DNA from: Nitrospirota bacterium
GTDB lineage: Bacteria > Nitrospirota > UBA9217
Direction: 5' to 3'
NCBI GenBank assembly: GCA_035623825.1
Contig: DASPSR010000011.1
Span: 1,791-65,790, forward strand
Length of the DNA stretch: 64,000 bases
Every line of letters starts with the position of its first letter. Positions within the stretch are counted from its first letter, which is position 1. This document shows, in pieces, positions 1 through 8,315 of the stretch. The notes beneath the pieces are model-generated. The model had not been told where the DNA came from, did no database searches, and was given only the letters and a program-made list of their open reading frames with translations. Made by a program: the position numbers and the translations under genes.

Positions 1-469
1 CAAAACACCTGCCCGCACGGCTTTGCCGGGAAGAGCACGGTGTTTGCTTCTTGTTCTCAATGCCCCCACAAGCAGATGCTCAAAGCACACCCGGAGAACG
101 GACAGTTGAACATTATTTCAAAGTATTTGGTCCATATGCCGCTGTTCGTTCTTGAAATGCCGAACTCTCGGCCTACGTTCCAGTTTTTGTCGGCAGCATC
201 TTCCCAGCCCGCCATTCCTAACAGCTACAAAAATACGTTTCCGGATGAACTCCTGCGGCCTCCCCACGTGTGATTTATTTTTACCGCCATATAACTCTAA
301 CGCCTTGCTGAATTGAATGAAGAAGATTGTCGTTATGCGTTCTTGATCTGCTGCGCGCATTTTTTCGAATCGCTTCGCCTTCGGTGTGAGCGAAAATGAC
401 AATGATCTTCAATAACTAAAGAGTTAAAATAAAATCATATTAAAGACAGAATAAGAGGAGATTATTCAT

Positions 470-1651
470 ATGAACAGAAAGACGATCTTGAGCAGCGCAA
501 TTGTGCTTTATTTCATAATCGGTTTCGAGATCTTGATAATGATAAGCCCCTTTGCCGGACTTTTCTATTCCGTTTTCACGCCCTTTCTGTTTCAATTGTC
601 AAAACACGCTGCCACACGGTGGCTTGCCGCCTTTTTTCTGCCGCACATGGTGGTTCCGCCTGATAGCTTTTTAAGGTTCATCCGCATAATGGGATCAATC
701 CTGTTTGTTGCGGGCATAGCGGTTTTCCTGGTCTGTGCTTTCCAGGTATATGCAAGCAAGTTTCTCAAAAAGGGAGCGGTGTTAAGGGGCCTCTACTCGT
801 TTATAAGGCATCCTCAGTACGTGGCGCTAGGTTCCGCAGGCTTGGGTCTTTCAATTCTGTGGCCAAGGATACTTACCGTTGTCCTTTGGCTTGTGATGAT
901 AGCGCTGTATTATATGCTCTCAAAGGATGAGGAAAGGAGAATGCTAAAGAGCTACCCGGAGACATACGGGGCGTATATGGAGAAGACCGGGATGTTCCTG
1001 CCGGGCAAGTTAGAGAGAAAACTCTCCCCCTCAACCGTTGTCGGGAAGTTGGCTTTGTTTGCCTTAATCTGCACGTTCACACTTGGAAGTGTTTTCTTCC
1101 TCAGAGATTACACGGTAAGACACCTTCCCCTTTGGACAAACGGGGAAATAACCTCGATATCAATCACGAACGAGGACGCGCAACGAATGGAGCATAGGAT
1201 GAATGACATCCTTTCTATTGAAGACATCAGGGCCAGGCTCAAACCTGGCGATAAATATCTGGTCTATTTCATCCCCACTGATTATATCATGCAGGGCTTA
1301 ATTGCAGATACGGGAACCGAGTGGAGGCTCTATACAAGACGGCACTTTACCATAACGAGATTTCTCCACTGGATATTTCATCCTTTCAGTCATCTAGCGG
1401 GGGGATCGGGCCATATTCATGACTATGCACAGGGTGCCATGGAGATGCGGGATAACACCATGGTTAGGAGACTTATTTTCTTGAGCGTATCTGACACGAC
1501 GGTTGGCAGCCCCTACGATTTCTTCTCAATAAACACGATAAGAACTCCGTTGTTTATGGCGGATGTTGATATACACAACGTAAAACTCGTCCAAATTAAA
1601 GAACTCTCACAAGAGACAGGATGGGGTAAACTTCCAACTCCAGACTTTTAA
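470..1651 (+). CDS. Membrane methyltransferase-family protein (ICMT/PEMT-like N-terminal region) with a long C-terminal domain of unknown function
   Basis: 393-aa ORF with GAGGAG RBS upstream of the ATG. Several hydrophobic helices. GLYSFIRHPQYVALG matches the RHPxY signature of isoprenylcysteine carboxyl methyltransferase-like enzymes. Confidence 0.6.
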   Translation: MNRKTILSSAIVLYFIIGFEILIMISPFAGLFYSVFTPFLFQLSKHAATRWLAAFFLPHMVVPPDSFLRFIRIMGSILFVAGIAVFLVCAFQVYASKFLKKGAVLRGLYSFIRHPQYVALGSAGLGLSILWPRILTVVLWLVMIALYYMLSKDEERRMLKSYPETYGAYMEKTGMFLPGKLERKLSPSTVVGKLALFALICTFTLGSVFFLRDYTVRHLPLWTNGEITSISITNEDAQRMEHRMNDILSIEDIRARLKPGDKYLVYFIPTDYIMQGLIADTGTEWRLYTRRHFTITRFLHWIFHPFSHLAGGSGHIHDYAQGAMEMRDNTMVRRLIFLSVSDTTVGSPYDFFSINTIRTPLFMADVDIHNVKLVQIKELSQETGWGKLPTPDF

Positions 1652-1785
1652 AAAAACTTGCGTTCGTTATTTGGCTTCGCCCGTAAGTGAAATAAAATTG
1701 TTTTTTTCAATGAAAAATGTCATACTTCGCCCAATCAGTTTCGTGATAGGATTTCTTTTGCGCACTCTCATCGCGGAGGCTGTGC

Positions 1786-2340
1786 ATGGCAAATACTTCC
1801 GTGAAGAACATCTTCCTGGTTTTTCTGAAAATCGGTGCCTTTGCCTTCGGCGGCGTCTATTCCATGCTCGCCTTTTTCGAACGAGAGCTCGTAACGAAGA
1901 AAAAATGGCTCACCCATGACGAGTTCGCCGAGAGCGTGGTCATGGGGCAGTTGACGCCCGGTGCGCCCATCGTCAATACGGGCTTGTTCATAGGTTACAC
2001 GCTGAACAAGTTGAAGGGCGCGCTAGCAACCGTTGTCGGCCAGGTCCTGCCGTCTTTTATCCTGGTGCTGATCATTTCCTACCTGTATATCAAATACCAG
2101 GACATTGCCTTGCTCAATGCCGTGCTAAAAGGGGTCGGCGCTGCGGTCGTCGGTCTTATAGCATCGGTTGTTTACAATATGAGCCGAAAACTTCTGAAAG
2201 AGTATAAAAGTATATTCATAGCCATAGCCGCCTTCCTGTGTCTGGCAGTATTCAAGCTCAATCCGATAGGGTTAATTGTCGGCGCCGGCGTTGTCGGATT
2301 GCTTGTATTCGGAGGAGAACAGCAGAATGGAAATACTTAA
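1786..2340 (+). CDS. Chromate transporter (CHR) family protein, first half-size subunit
   Basis: FLKIGAFAFGGVYSMLAFFERELV...WLTHDEFAESVVMGQLTPGAPIVNT is the typical CHR-domain signature. Hydrophobic throughout. Confidence 0.75.
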   Translation: MANTSVKNIFLVFLKIGAFAFGGVYSMLAFFERELVTKKKWLTHDEFAESVVMGQLTPGAPIVNTGLFIGYTLNKLKGALATVVGQVLPSFILVLIISYLYIKYQDIALLNAVLKGVGAAVVGLIASVVYNMSRKLLKEYKSIFIAIAAFLCLAVFKLNPIGLIVGAGVVGLLVFGGEQQNGNT

Positions 2341-2842
2341 ATTTCTCTGGACGATCTTTTACATCAACCTGTTCACGATCGGCGGTGGCTACGTCATGAT
2401 CCCCCTTCTGCAGCGGGAGGTGGTCCATCATTACCACTGGCTCAGCAACAAGCAGTTTATCGATAGCATCGCCATAGGCCAGGTCACTCCCGGGCCGCTT
2501 ACCATCATGAACGCGTTCATCGGGTACAAGGTTTTCGGGGTCTGGGGCGCAATCGGAGCAGTTGTATCCACCTACTTGCCTTCGCTCATCGTCGTAACGA
2601 TTGTCAGTCATTATTATCTGAAGTTTAAGAACTCATGGATCGTCAAGGCCGTTTTCAAGGGGATTCGCCCTGCCGTCATAGGGCTCCTTGCCGCGGTTGC
2701 TATCACCCTTGGCAGGGCATCCCTTGCAGATATTCCCACAAGCCTCATAGCAGCGGGTGGTTTTGCTATACTTGTGTTTACGAAGGTAGAACCGACTTTT
2801 GTGATACTCGGGGCAGGAGTGGCAGGAGCGATACTATTTTAA
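2327..2842 (+). CDS. Chromate transporter (CHR) family protein, second half-size subunit
   Basis: Internal ATG at 2327 behind GGAGGAG, overlapping the stop of the preceding gene. FTIGGGYVMIPLLQREVV..WLSNKQFIDSIAIGQVTPGPL repeats the CHR signature. The longer track ORF start (2276) is rejected. Confidence 0.75.
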   Translation: MEILKFLWTIFYINLFTIGGGYVMIPLLQREVVHHYHWLSNKQFIDSIAIGQVTPGPLTIMNAFIGYKVFGVWGAIGAVVSTYLPSLIVVTIVSHYYLKFKNSWIVKAVFKGIRPAVIGLLAAVAITLGRASLADIPTSLIAAGGFAILVFTKVEPTFVILGAGVAGAILF

Positions 2843-2873
2843 CTCTGCATTGTTTTAACTAAAGGAGATCAGT

Positions 2874-3725
2874 ATGAGCGGACAGTCATGCCCCATGGCA
2901 AAGCTGGAAACGCTCCTTTTGGCGACAGACGGATCCGCATTCAGCGAAGGCGCGATCCGGGAAGCCCTGAAGCTTGCCAAGAAATGTTCGAGCAGACTAT
3001 CTGTAATGTCGGTAGTAATAACGAACCTTGAATTCGAAGTGACGATGCCTCAGGTCATTGACAAGGAGGACAAAGAGGCGCTGGAACATCTTGAAACCAT
3101 CAAGGCCCGAGCCTCAAAAGAAGGCATTGACTGCGACATAGCGGTGATCCATGGAGACGACCCGTATCAAGACATTGTACGCCGGGCGCAAGAGAAGCAC
3201 GCCGATATGATCATCGTGGGCAGGCACGGGAGAACTGGACTACCGCGGCTCATGATGGGGAATGTCACAGCTAAGGTCATAGGCCACGCTCCCTGTAACG
3301 TTCTCGTGGTCTCGCCGGCAGTGAGTACTGATTTCAAGGATATTCTTGTGGCAACAGACGGTTCACGTTACAGCAAGGCGGCAGTCCGCGAAGCCATCAG
3401 CATTGCCAAAAGATGTAACAGCCGTCTCATTGCCGTGTCAGTTGCCTATTCTGATGGGGAGATCAAATCAGCGCAGGATAATGTCCAGATGGCTGTGGAG
3501 CTTGCGTCTCAGGAGAGCATCAAAATAGAGGGTGCTGCGGTCATAGGAAAGTCATATGAAGCAATTGTGGACATGGCAAAACAGAAGCAGGCCGACCTGA
3601 TTGTTGTCGGAAGCCATGGGAGAAGAGGACTGGAGCGGCTTCTTATGGGCAGTGTCACAGAGCGGGTCATTGGCCACAGCGGGATCGCGGTCCTGGTGAT
3701 CAAGGCAAAAGAGAGGTGGAACTAA
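2874..3725 (+). CDS. Tandem universal stress protein (two UspA domains)
   Basis: Two repeats of the pattern ..ATDGS..S..A...A..LAK......L..V....; both end with VGRHGRTGL..LMMGNVT..V / VGSHGRRGLERLLMGSVTERV (USP ATP-binding motif). Confidence 0.85.
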   Translation: MSGQSCPMAKLETLLLATDGSAFSEGAIREALKLAKKCSSRLSVMSVVITNLEFEVTMPQVIDKEDKEALEHLETIKARASKEGIDCDIAVIHGDDPYQDIVRRAQEKHADMIIVGRHGRTGLPRLMMGNVTAKVIGHAPCNVLVVSPAVSTDFKDILVATDGSRYSKAAVREAISIAKRCNSRLIAVSVAYSDGEIKSAQDNVQMAVELASQESIKIEGAAVIGKSYEAIVDMAKQKQADLIVVGSHGRRGLERLLMGSVTERVIGHSGIAVLVIKAKERWN

Positions 3726-3814
3726 ATGTGCGGGTGTTGTAGAACTTAGAAGTATTCAAATTTCAAATTGAATTTTTCATGCAGTGCTTAACCCGGAGGA
3801 AAAACTGAGCATAT

Positions 3815-4504
3815 ATGATCACCGTCGGATTCCCGAAACAATATAATAAGCTTTATACAAGGGCATCTACATTAGCGTTGTTTACCATTGCCTACAATAC
3901 CATCGAGGGATTAGCTTCCGTCTTTTTCGGTTTTAAAGACGAGAGCCTGACACTCTTCGGATTCGGAGTCGATTCTTTTGTAGAAGTGGTGTCTGGAGTA
4001 GGGATTTGGCACATGGTTCAAAGGATCAGACATAACGGCGAGGAAAGTCCGGACCGATTTGAGCAGACTGCGCTTAAAATCACCGGGAGCGGTTTTTATA
4101 TCCTGACCATCGGGCTTTCGATTACAGCGGCTATTAATCTTTACCAAGGTCACAAGCCCGAGACTACGTTCTGGGGTATCGTAATCTCTATTATTGCTAT
4201 TGTAGTCATGTGGCTGCTTGCACATTATAAGGAAAAGGTCGGCCAGGAACTCGGTTCCCAGGCTATCTTGTCCGATGCTGCCTGCACCCGCGTTTGTCTG
4301 CAGCTCTCTGTCGTTCTCTTGATCGCAAGTGCAGGATACGAGCTAACCCATATTGGCGGCATTGACTCTGTTGGCACTTTTGTGATTGCGTGGATATGCT
4401 ACCGAGAAGGTAGGGAAGCTTTTGAAAAGGCAAAGGCGAAAAGCTTTGCATGTACGTGCGGGGGGTCATGCGAGGCAAACGAAAATCAACAAACAACTGA
4501 GTAA
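3815..4504 (+). CDS. Cation-efflux (CDF)-like membrane protein lacking the usual cytoplasmic C-terminal domain; Cys-rich tail
   Basis: 229 aa, about 6 TM. NTIEGLASVFFGFKDESLTLFGFGVDSFVEVVSG resembles the CDF TM1-TM2 signature. Ends in CTCGGSC. Confidence 0.5.
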   Translation: MITVGFPKQYNKLYTRASTLALFTIAYNTIEGLASVFFGFKDESLTLFGFGVDSFVEVVSGVGIWHMVQRIRHNGEESPDRFEQTALKITGSGFYILTIGLSITAAINLYQGHKPETTFWGIVISIIAIVVMWLLAHYKEKVGQELGSQAILSDAACTRVCLQLSVVLLIASAGYELTHIGGIDSVGTFVIAWICYREGREAFEKAKAKSFACTCGGSCEANENQQTTE

Positions 4505-4539
4505 TTTAGTAATTATCATCTCATGGTATGAATTACAGT

Positions 4540-4712
4540 AGGCGGCAGTCCGGGAACATGGCAAAACAAAGGCAGGCCGACCTGATTAGTGTCGGGAGCT
4601 AAGGAAGAAGAGGGAACTGGAGCGGCTCCTTATGGGCAGTGTCACAGAGCGGGTTATCGGCCACACCGGGACCGCGGTCCTAGTAATCAAGACAAAGTAG
4701 AGGTGGAACGAG
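4540..4712 (+). pseudogene. Degraded, internally deleted copy of the second USP domain of the 2874-3725 gene
   Basis: 4556-4709 aligns base-for-base, with scattered mismatches, to 3571-3725. The preceding ggcggcagtcc matches 3378-3388. The copy carries in-frame TAA/TAG stops. Confidence 0.7.
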
Positions 4713-4714
4713 CC

Positions 4715-5056
4715 ATGGATGTCATTGACATCATCGCGTTCTTTCTGTATAAGGGTAAAATGGGATATTATATTCACTATGTGCCTGGAAGAATAAGAAT
4801 CCAAACACCATTCCTTCACAATAATCCACGCAATGTAGCAGAGTTTGAAACGTACATCAAAGGGGTCAAAGGAATAATATCGATAAAGTATTCAATTGTT
4901 GCCGGAAGTGCAACAATACTTTTTAATGAAAAGATTATCAATTGCGAGCAGATCATCGGGATTCTCGAAAGACGTGGTTATTTCTCGTTATCGAAAGCAG
5001 AAACGAGTGATCAAGTTATAAAGAAAGCGACCGAGAAAATTCTTGAAAAATTGTAG
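4715..5056 (+). CDS. Small HMA-like (heavy-metal-associated fold-like) protein
   Basis: Internal ATG at 4715 of track ORF 4589-5056; upstream codons belong to the USP remnant. Pattern GRIRIQ....NPR....E..I..VKGI......IVAGS.TILF is typical of HMA_2-type small proteins. Confidence 0.45.
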   Translation: MDVIDIIAFFLYKGKMGYYIHYVPGRIRIQTPFLHNNPRNVAEFETYIKGVKGIISIKYSIVAGSATILFNEKIINCEQIIGILERRGYFSLSKAETSDQVIKKATEKILEKL

Positions 5057-5266
5057 AGAACACTTGTCGATGCCCTTTGAGACTGGACCTGAGAGTTGAT
5101 TTATCCCTCTAAAATTAATTTGGATGATATGCTCGTTTAATATCAAACCTTTATGGAAGATAGCAATTTATCTTCTTCTCTCTGAAAAGGGCGATGGTCG
5201 TCATTTACCAAAAATTAGGATTGTAATGCTGACGGAGCGTTTTAGCAGGCAGTGCGTCAACAGGTC

Positions 5267-5296
5267 TTGACAGGTCTGAAAATTATATGATAATAT
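5267..5296 (+). promoter_or_regulatory. Sigma70-type promoter of the fluoride-responsive operon
   Basis: TTGACA (5267-5272), 18-nt spacer, TAATAT (5291-5296). The predicted transcription start lies just 5' of the riboswitch. Confidence 0.5.
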
Positions 5297-5308
5297 TCAT
5301 AAAAGTTT

Positions 5309-5366
5309 GCAGGTGATGGAGTTCGCCGTTAACCGCCTCTTTTATGGGGCTGATGACTCCTACTCT
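5309..5366 (+). promoter_or_regulatory. Fluoride riboswitch (crcB RNA motif) no. 1
   Basis: GGUGAUGGAGUUCGCC..UUAACCGCCUC-loop-GGGGCUGAUGACUCCUAC. P1 is GGUG/CGCC, P3 is GCCUC/GGGGC, pseudoknot is GGAGU/ACUCC. Matches the remembered crcB-motif consensus. crcB itself is in the operon. Confidence 0.85.
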
Positions 5367-5392
5367 CAATTTCATGAGGGCAGGAGTTTTTT
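5357..5392 (+). terminator. Intrinsic terminator forming the expression platform of riboswitch 1
   Basis: CTCCTACTCTC / GAGGGCAGGAG stem (one A.C mismatch) followed by TTTTTT. The 5' arm reuses the pseudoknot strand ACUCCUAC, so aptamer and terminator are mutually exclusive. Confidence 0.7.
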
Positions 5393-5414
5393 ATGCCCTG
5401 AAGGAGACCGGTTT

Positions 5415-6593
5415 ATGCACGAAGTATGGGGATTGGCGGCGCTTTGGTTAGGCTTGGCCCTTATTGCAACCTTGCTCTCCATCTGGTTCCGGATCGCAAC
5501 GGCCCTCTCTGAAATCGTCGTCGGTACTGTCGCGCAGCTTGTCATCGGCGCTCTTATAGGCACGAGCCTCGGTTCGGATACGGGCTGGATAAAATTTTTG
5601 TCCGGGACCGGCGCCATAGTTCTCACCTTTCTGGCTGGCGCCGAGCTCGACCCGGTCGTGTTCAAGGCAAAATTAAAAGAAGCATCGGCCATCGGTTTTA
5701 TTTCTTTCCTTGCCCCTTTCCTCGGTTGCACCGCCGCGGCCTATTATTTCCTTCATTGGTCAGTTCGTTCAAGTTGGCTCGCGGGTGTGGCCCTCTCTAC
5801 GACCTCGGTAGCGGTGGTCTACGCCGTGATGCTCGAACTGGGGCTCAACAAGACGGACTTCGGCAAAGCCGTGCTTGCCGCCTGTTTTATCACCGATCTC
5901 GGTACCGTCCTTGCCCTAGGGCTCATCTTCGCGCCCTTTTCTTTCAAAACCCTGATTTTTGTCGGTGTCTCTGCTGTCGTTTTCTTTATCCTGCCTTATC
6001 TCACCCCCTGGTTTTTTAAAAAATACGGTGACCGACCGTCGGAACTCGAAGCAAAATACCTCCTGCTTTTTCTTTTCGGTCTGGGTTCCCTGGCGGTGTG
6101 GTCGGACAGCGAAGCAGTGCTGCCCGCGTATATCATCGGCATGGTGCTCGCAGGCACCGTAGGCAAAGACCACATTCTCATCAGGCGGCTCCGAACTCTC
6201 ACATTCGGCCTGCTTACACCGTTCTACTTCATCAGGGCGGGCTCATACGTTTCCGTGCCGGCTCTTATCGCTGCACCTGTCGCGATCCTCGTGCTCTTCT
6301 TGGGGAAAATGATTACCAAGATCATCGGCGTGTATCCCACAACCACTGCGTTTCGATATGCCCAGAAAGAAGGCATTTATACAACACTCCTCATGTCAAC
6401 GGGCTTGACCTTCGGTTCCATCTCCGCACTCTTCGGGCTCATGCACAATATTATTAACCAGCAGCAGTATTCCATCCTGGTATTCGTCGTGATCGGCAGC
6501 GCTGTAGTGCCGACGCTTATCGCGAACGCTTTTTTCATACCGCATTATCTTTTGCCGAAAAAAGAAAAGGATATAGCCGCCGAATCGGAATAA
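5415..6593 (+). CDS. Cation:proton antiporter (CPA2/Kef-NapA type)
   Basis: ATG at 5415 behind AAGGAGA. About 12 TM. N-terminal LGLALIATLLSIWFRIATALSEIVVGTV and GAELD motif typical of Na_H_Exchanger family. The 5307 start is rejected because it lies inside the riboswitch. Confidence 0.8.
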   Translation: MHEVWGLAALWLGLALIATLLSIWFRIATALSEIVVGTVAQLVIGALIGTSLGSDTGWIKFLSGTGAIVLTFLAGAELDPVVFKAKLKEASAIGFISFLAPFLGCTAAAYYFLHWSVRSSWLAGVALSTTSVAVVYAVMLELGLNKTDFGKAVLAACFITDLGTVLALGLIFAPFSFKTLIFVGVSAVVFFILPYLTPWFFKKYGDRPSELEAKYLLLFLFGLGSLAVWSDSEAVLPAYIIGMVLAGTVGKDHILIRRLRTLTFGLLTPFYFIRAGSYVSVPALIAAPVAILVLFLGKMITKIIGVYPTTTAFRYAQKEGIYTTLLMSTGLTFGSISALFGLMHNIINQQQYSILVFVVIGSAVVPTLIANAFFIPHYLLPKKEKDIAAESE

Positions 6594-6629
6594 TCTGCCG
6601 ATACTTCGCGGTTATATAAGGAGGCTTTC

Positions 6630-7055
6630 ATGCTGAATAAAATATTAGTTGCATTCGACGGATCGGAACAATCCTACAAGGCATTCGACTTCGCCCTTGA
6701 GATGTCGAGGCTCTGTACTGGTGCATCCCCGGAGGTCACCGTTGTCTCTGTGGCGCAGCCGCCTGAGCCCGCGGACATTGTCGAGGTGGACGCGGTCATC
6801 GACAGCGCAACGCAGCACTACGAGGAACTCTTCAAAGGGCTTCATGAGAAGGCCCACAGAAAAAACCTGGAAATAAGAACCGAGGTCGTCGTGGGCCATC
6901 CCGCGGACCAGATTATTAAATACGCGGCTGAAAAGAGGAGCGACATTGTCATCGTTGGACAGCGCGGAAAATCTAAGATGGTGAAATGGCTCCTGGGCTC
7001 CGTGTCGAAGCGGATATCGACGTATGCCCCGTGTACGGTCACGATCGTAAAATAA
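6630..7055 (+). CDS. Universal stress protein (single UspA domain)
   Basis: AAGGAGG RBS. ILVAFDGSEQS...IVIVGQRGKSKMVKWLLGSVSKRI. Confidence 0.85.
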   Translation: MLNKILVAFDGSEQSYKAFDFALEMSRLCTGASPEVTVVSVAQPPEPADIVEVDAVIDSATQHYEELFKGLHEKAHRKNLEIRTEVVVGHPADQIIKYAAEKRSDIVIVGQRGKSKMVKWLLGSVSKRISTYAPCTVTIVK

Positions 7056-7074
7056 CTATAAGGATACGGTTGTT

Positions 7075-7449
7075 ATGATAAATTACATGGTAGTTTTCGC
7101 AGGCGGAGGCATCGGTTCCGTCATGCGCTATGTTCTGGCAACATGGATCGGCCAGAAATGGGGACGGGCCTTTCCCCTCGGCACTTTTGTAATTAACATC
7201 ACGGGAAGTTTTCTCATCGGCTTCCTCATGACCCTCATGGCGGAACGTTTCGTGGAAAACCCACAGTGGCGACTGCTGCTCGTTGTCGGGGGCCTGGGTG
7301 GGTATACTACTTTTTCCACGTTCCAGTATGAGACGGGCAGACTGGTCATGGATGGAGAGCTCGGGTACGCTGCGCTGAACATTATCTCGAGCATCGCCGT
7401 CGGGTTCACGGCCTTGAAACTGGGTGAAGTAATAGCTAAGACCATATAG
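7075..7449 (+). CDS. crcB: Fluoride ion channel CrcB/FluC
   Basis: 124 aa, 4 TM. GGGIGSVMRY, GTFVINITGSFLIGF and GGLGGYTTFSTF are CrcB family signatures. Confidence 0.9.
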   Translation: MINYMVVFAGGGIGSVMRYVLATWIGQKWGRAFPLGTFVINITGSFLIGFLMTLMAERFVENPQWRLLLVVGGLGGYTTFSTFQYETGRLVMDGELGYAALNIISSIAVGFTALKLGEVIAKTI

Positions 7450-7459
7450 GGGACAACCT

Positions 7460-8182
7460 ATGGTAACCAAAGGGGCTGCAAAAAAACTAACCGTCTATAC
7501 GGACGAGACGGATAAGTATCACGGCAAGCCGGTCTACGAAGTCCTGCTCGACATTTTTTTCAAGAAGAAGATCATGGGCGTGAGCGTCTTCCGCGGCATC
7601 GCGGGATACGGAAGCGATGGTGTATTCCATACTTCCAAGATGCTTGAGCTGTCCACGAACTTGCCCGTGAAAATCGAAGTGGTGGAATCCGAGGAAATGA
7701 TTAACAAGGTACTTCCCGATATATACCATGTTGTCGATAAAGGGATGGTAGAGGTCATTGACACGAATGTTATCAAGTGCTGTCCGAAGGCTGAAGAGAA
7801 GCAAAGAGAAAAGGGAGAACATATGAAGCTTGTAGGCAAGGCCAAGATGCTCCGGATAATCATAAGCGAGGACGATAAGTGGGAGGGAGAACCCCTGTAC
7901 GAGGCGATCATCAAGAAGCTTATTATGACAGATATCGCGGGCGCTACAGTGTATAAGGCGATCGCCGGCTACGGATCACACAAGCGGTATCATAAGAAAA
8001 AGACGCTCACAATGCACGGCGAGATCCCGATTCTGATCACAGTCATGGACTCGGAAGATAAGATCAACAAGGTCATCCCGATCCTTGACGATCTGGTGGG
8101 CGAGGGCATTGTTGTACTTTCCGATGTGAATGTGATAAAATATATTTATAGAGACGCAGCAGGAATAGAGGGGGCAATATAG
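7460..8182 (+). CDS. Tandem DUF190 (PII-like) protein
   Basis: Two repeats of L.(V/I)Y..E.DK..G.P.YE.......(GV/GA).V(F/Y)(R/K).IAGYGS...H. DUF190 is a classical crcB neighbour. Confidence 0.8.
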   Translation: MVTKGAAKKLTVYTDETDKYHGKPVYEVLLDIFFKKKIMGVSVFRGIAGYGSDGVFHTSKMLELSTNLPVKIEVVESEEMINKVLPDIYHVVDKGMVEVIDTNVIKCCPKAEEKQREKGEHMKLVGKAKMLRIIISEDDKWEGEPLYEAIIKKLIMTDIAGATVYKAIAGYGSHKRYHKKKTLTMHGEIPILITVMDSEDKINKVIPILDDLVGEGIVVLSDVNVIKYIYRDAAGIEGAI

Positions 8183-8200
8183 CGTTATCGCAGGCAAACA

Positions 8201-8260
8201 GCAGGTGATGGAGTTCACCATTAACCGTCCCGCGCATGCGGCGGGGCTGATGACTCCTAC
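8201..8260 (+). promoter_or_regulatory. Fluoride riboswitch (crcB RNA motif) no. 2
   Basis: GCAGGUGAUGGAGUUCACC.UUAACCGUCCCGC-GCAU-GCGGCGGGGCUGAUGACUCCUAC. Nearly identical core to no. 1. P1 carries a compensatory change (GGUG/CACC versus GGUG/CGCC). Confidence 0.85.
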
Positions 8261-8288
8261 TCTCGAAAGATGAGGGTAGGAGTTTTTT
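8254..8288 (+). terminator. Intrinsic terminator forming the expression platform of riboswitch 2
   Basis: CTCCTACTCTC / GAGGGTAGGAG forms an 11-bp stem followed by TTTTTT. It overlaps the aptamer 3' strand as in no. 1. Confidence 0.7.
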
Positions 8289-8315
8289 ATCATTTAGCAA
8301 AGGCGGACAACGTTA

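Noticed and set aside
1-402. An open-ended + frame (1-273, includes track ORF 40-273) and the minus ORF 118-402 at the left edge.
   Set aside because: Neither translation matches a family I recognise. The composition looks non-coding or ambiguous, and the two overlap each other. This may be the tail of a gene starting outside the window, or a structured RNA. I cannot support a call.
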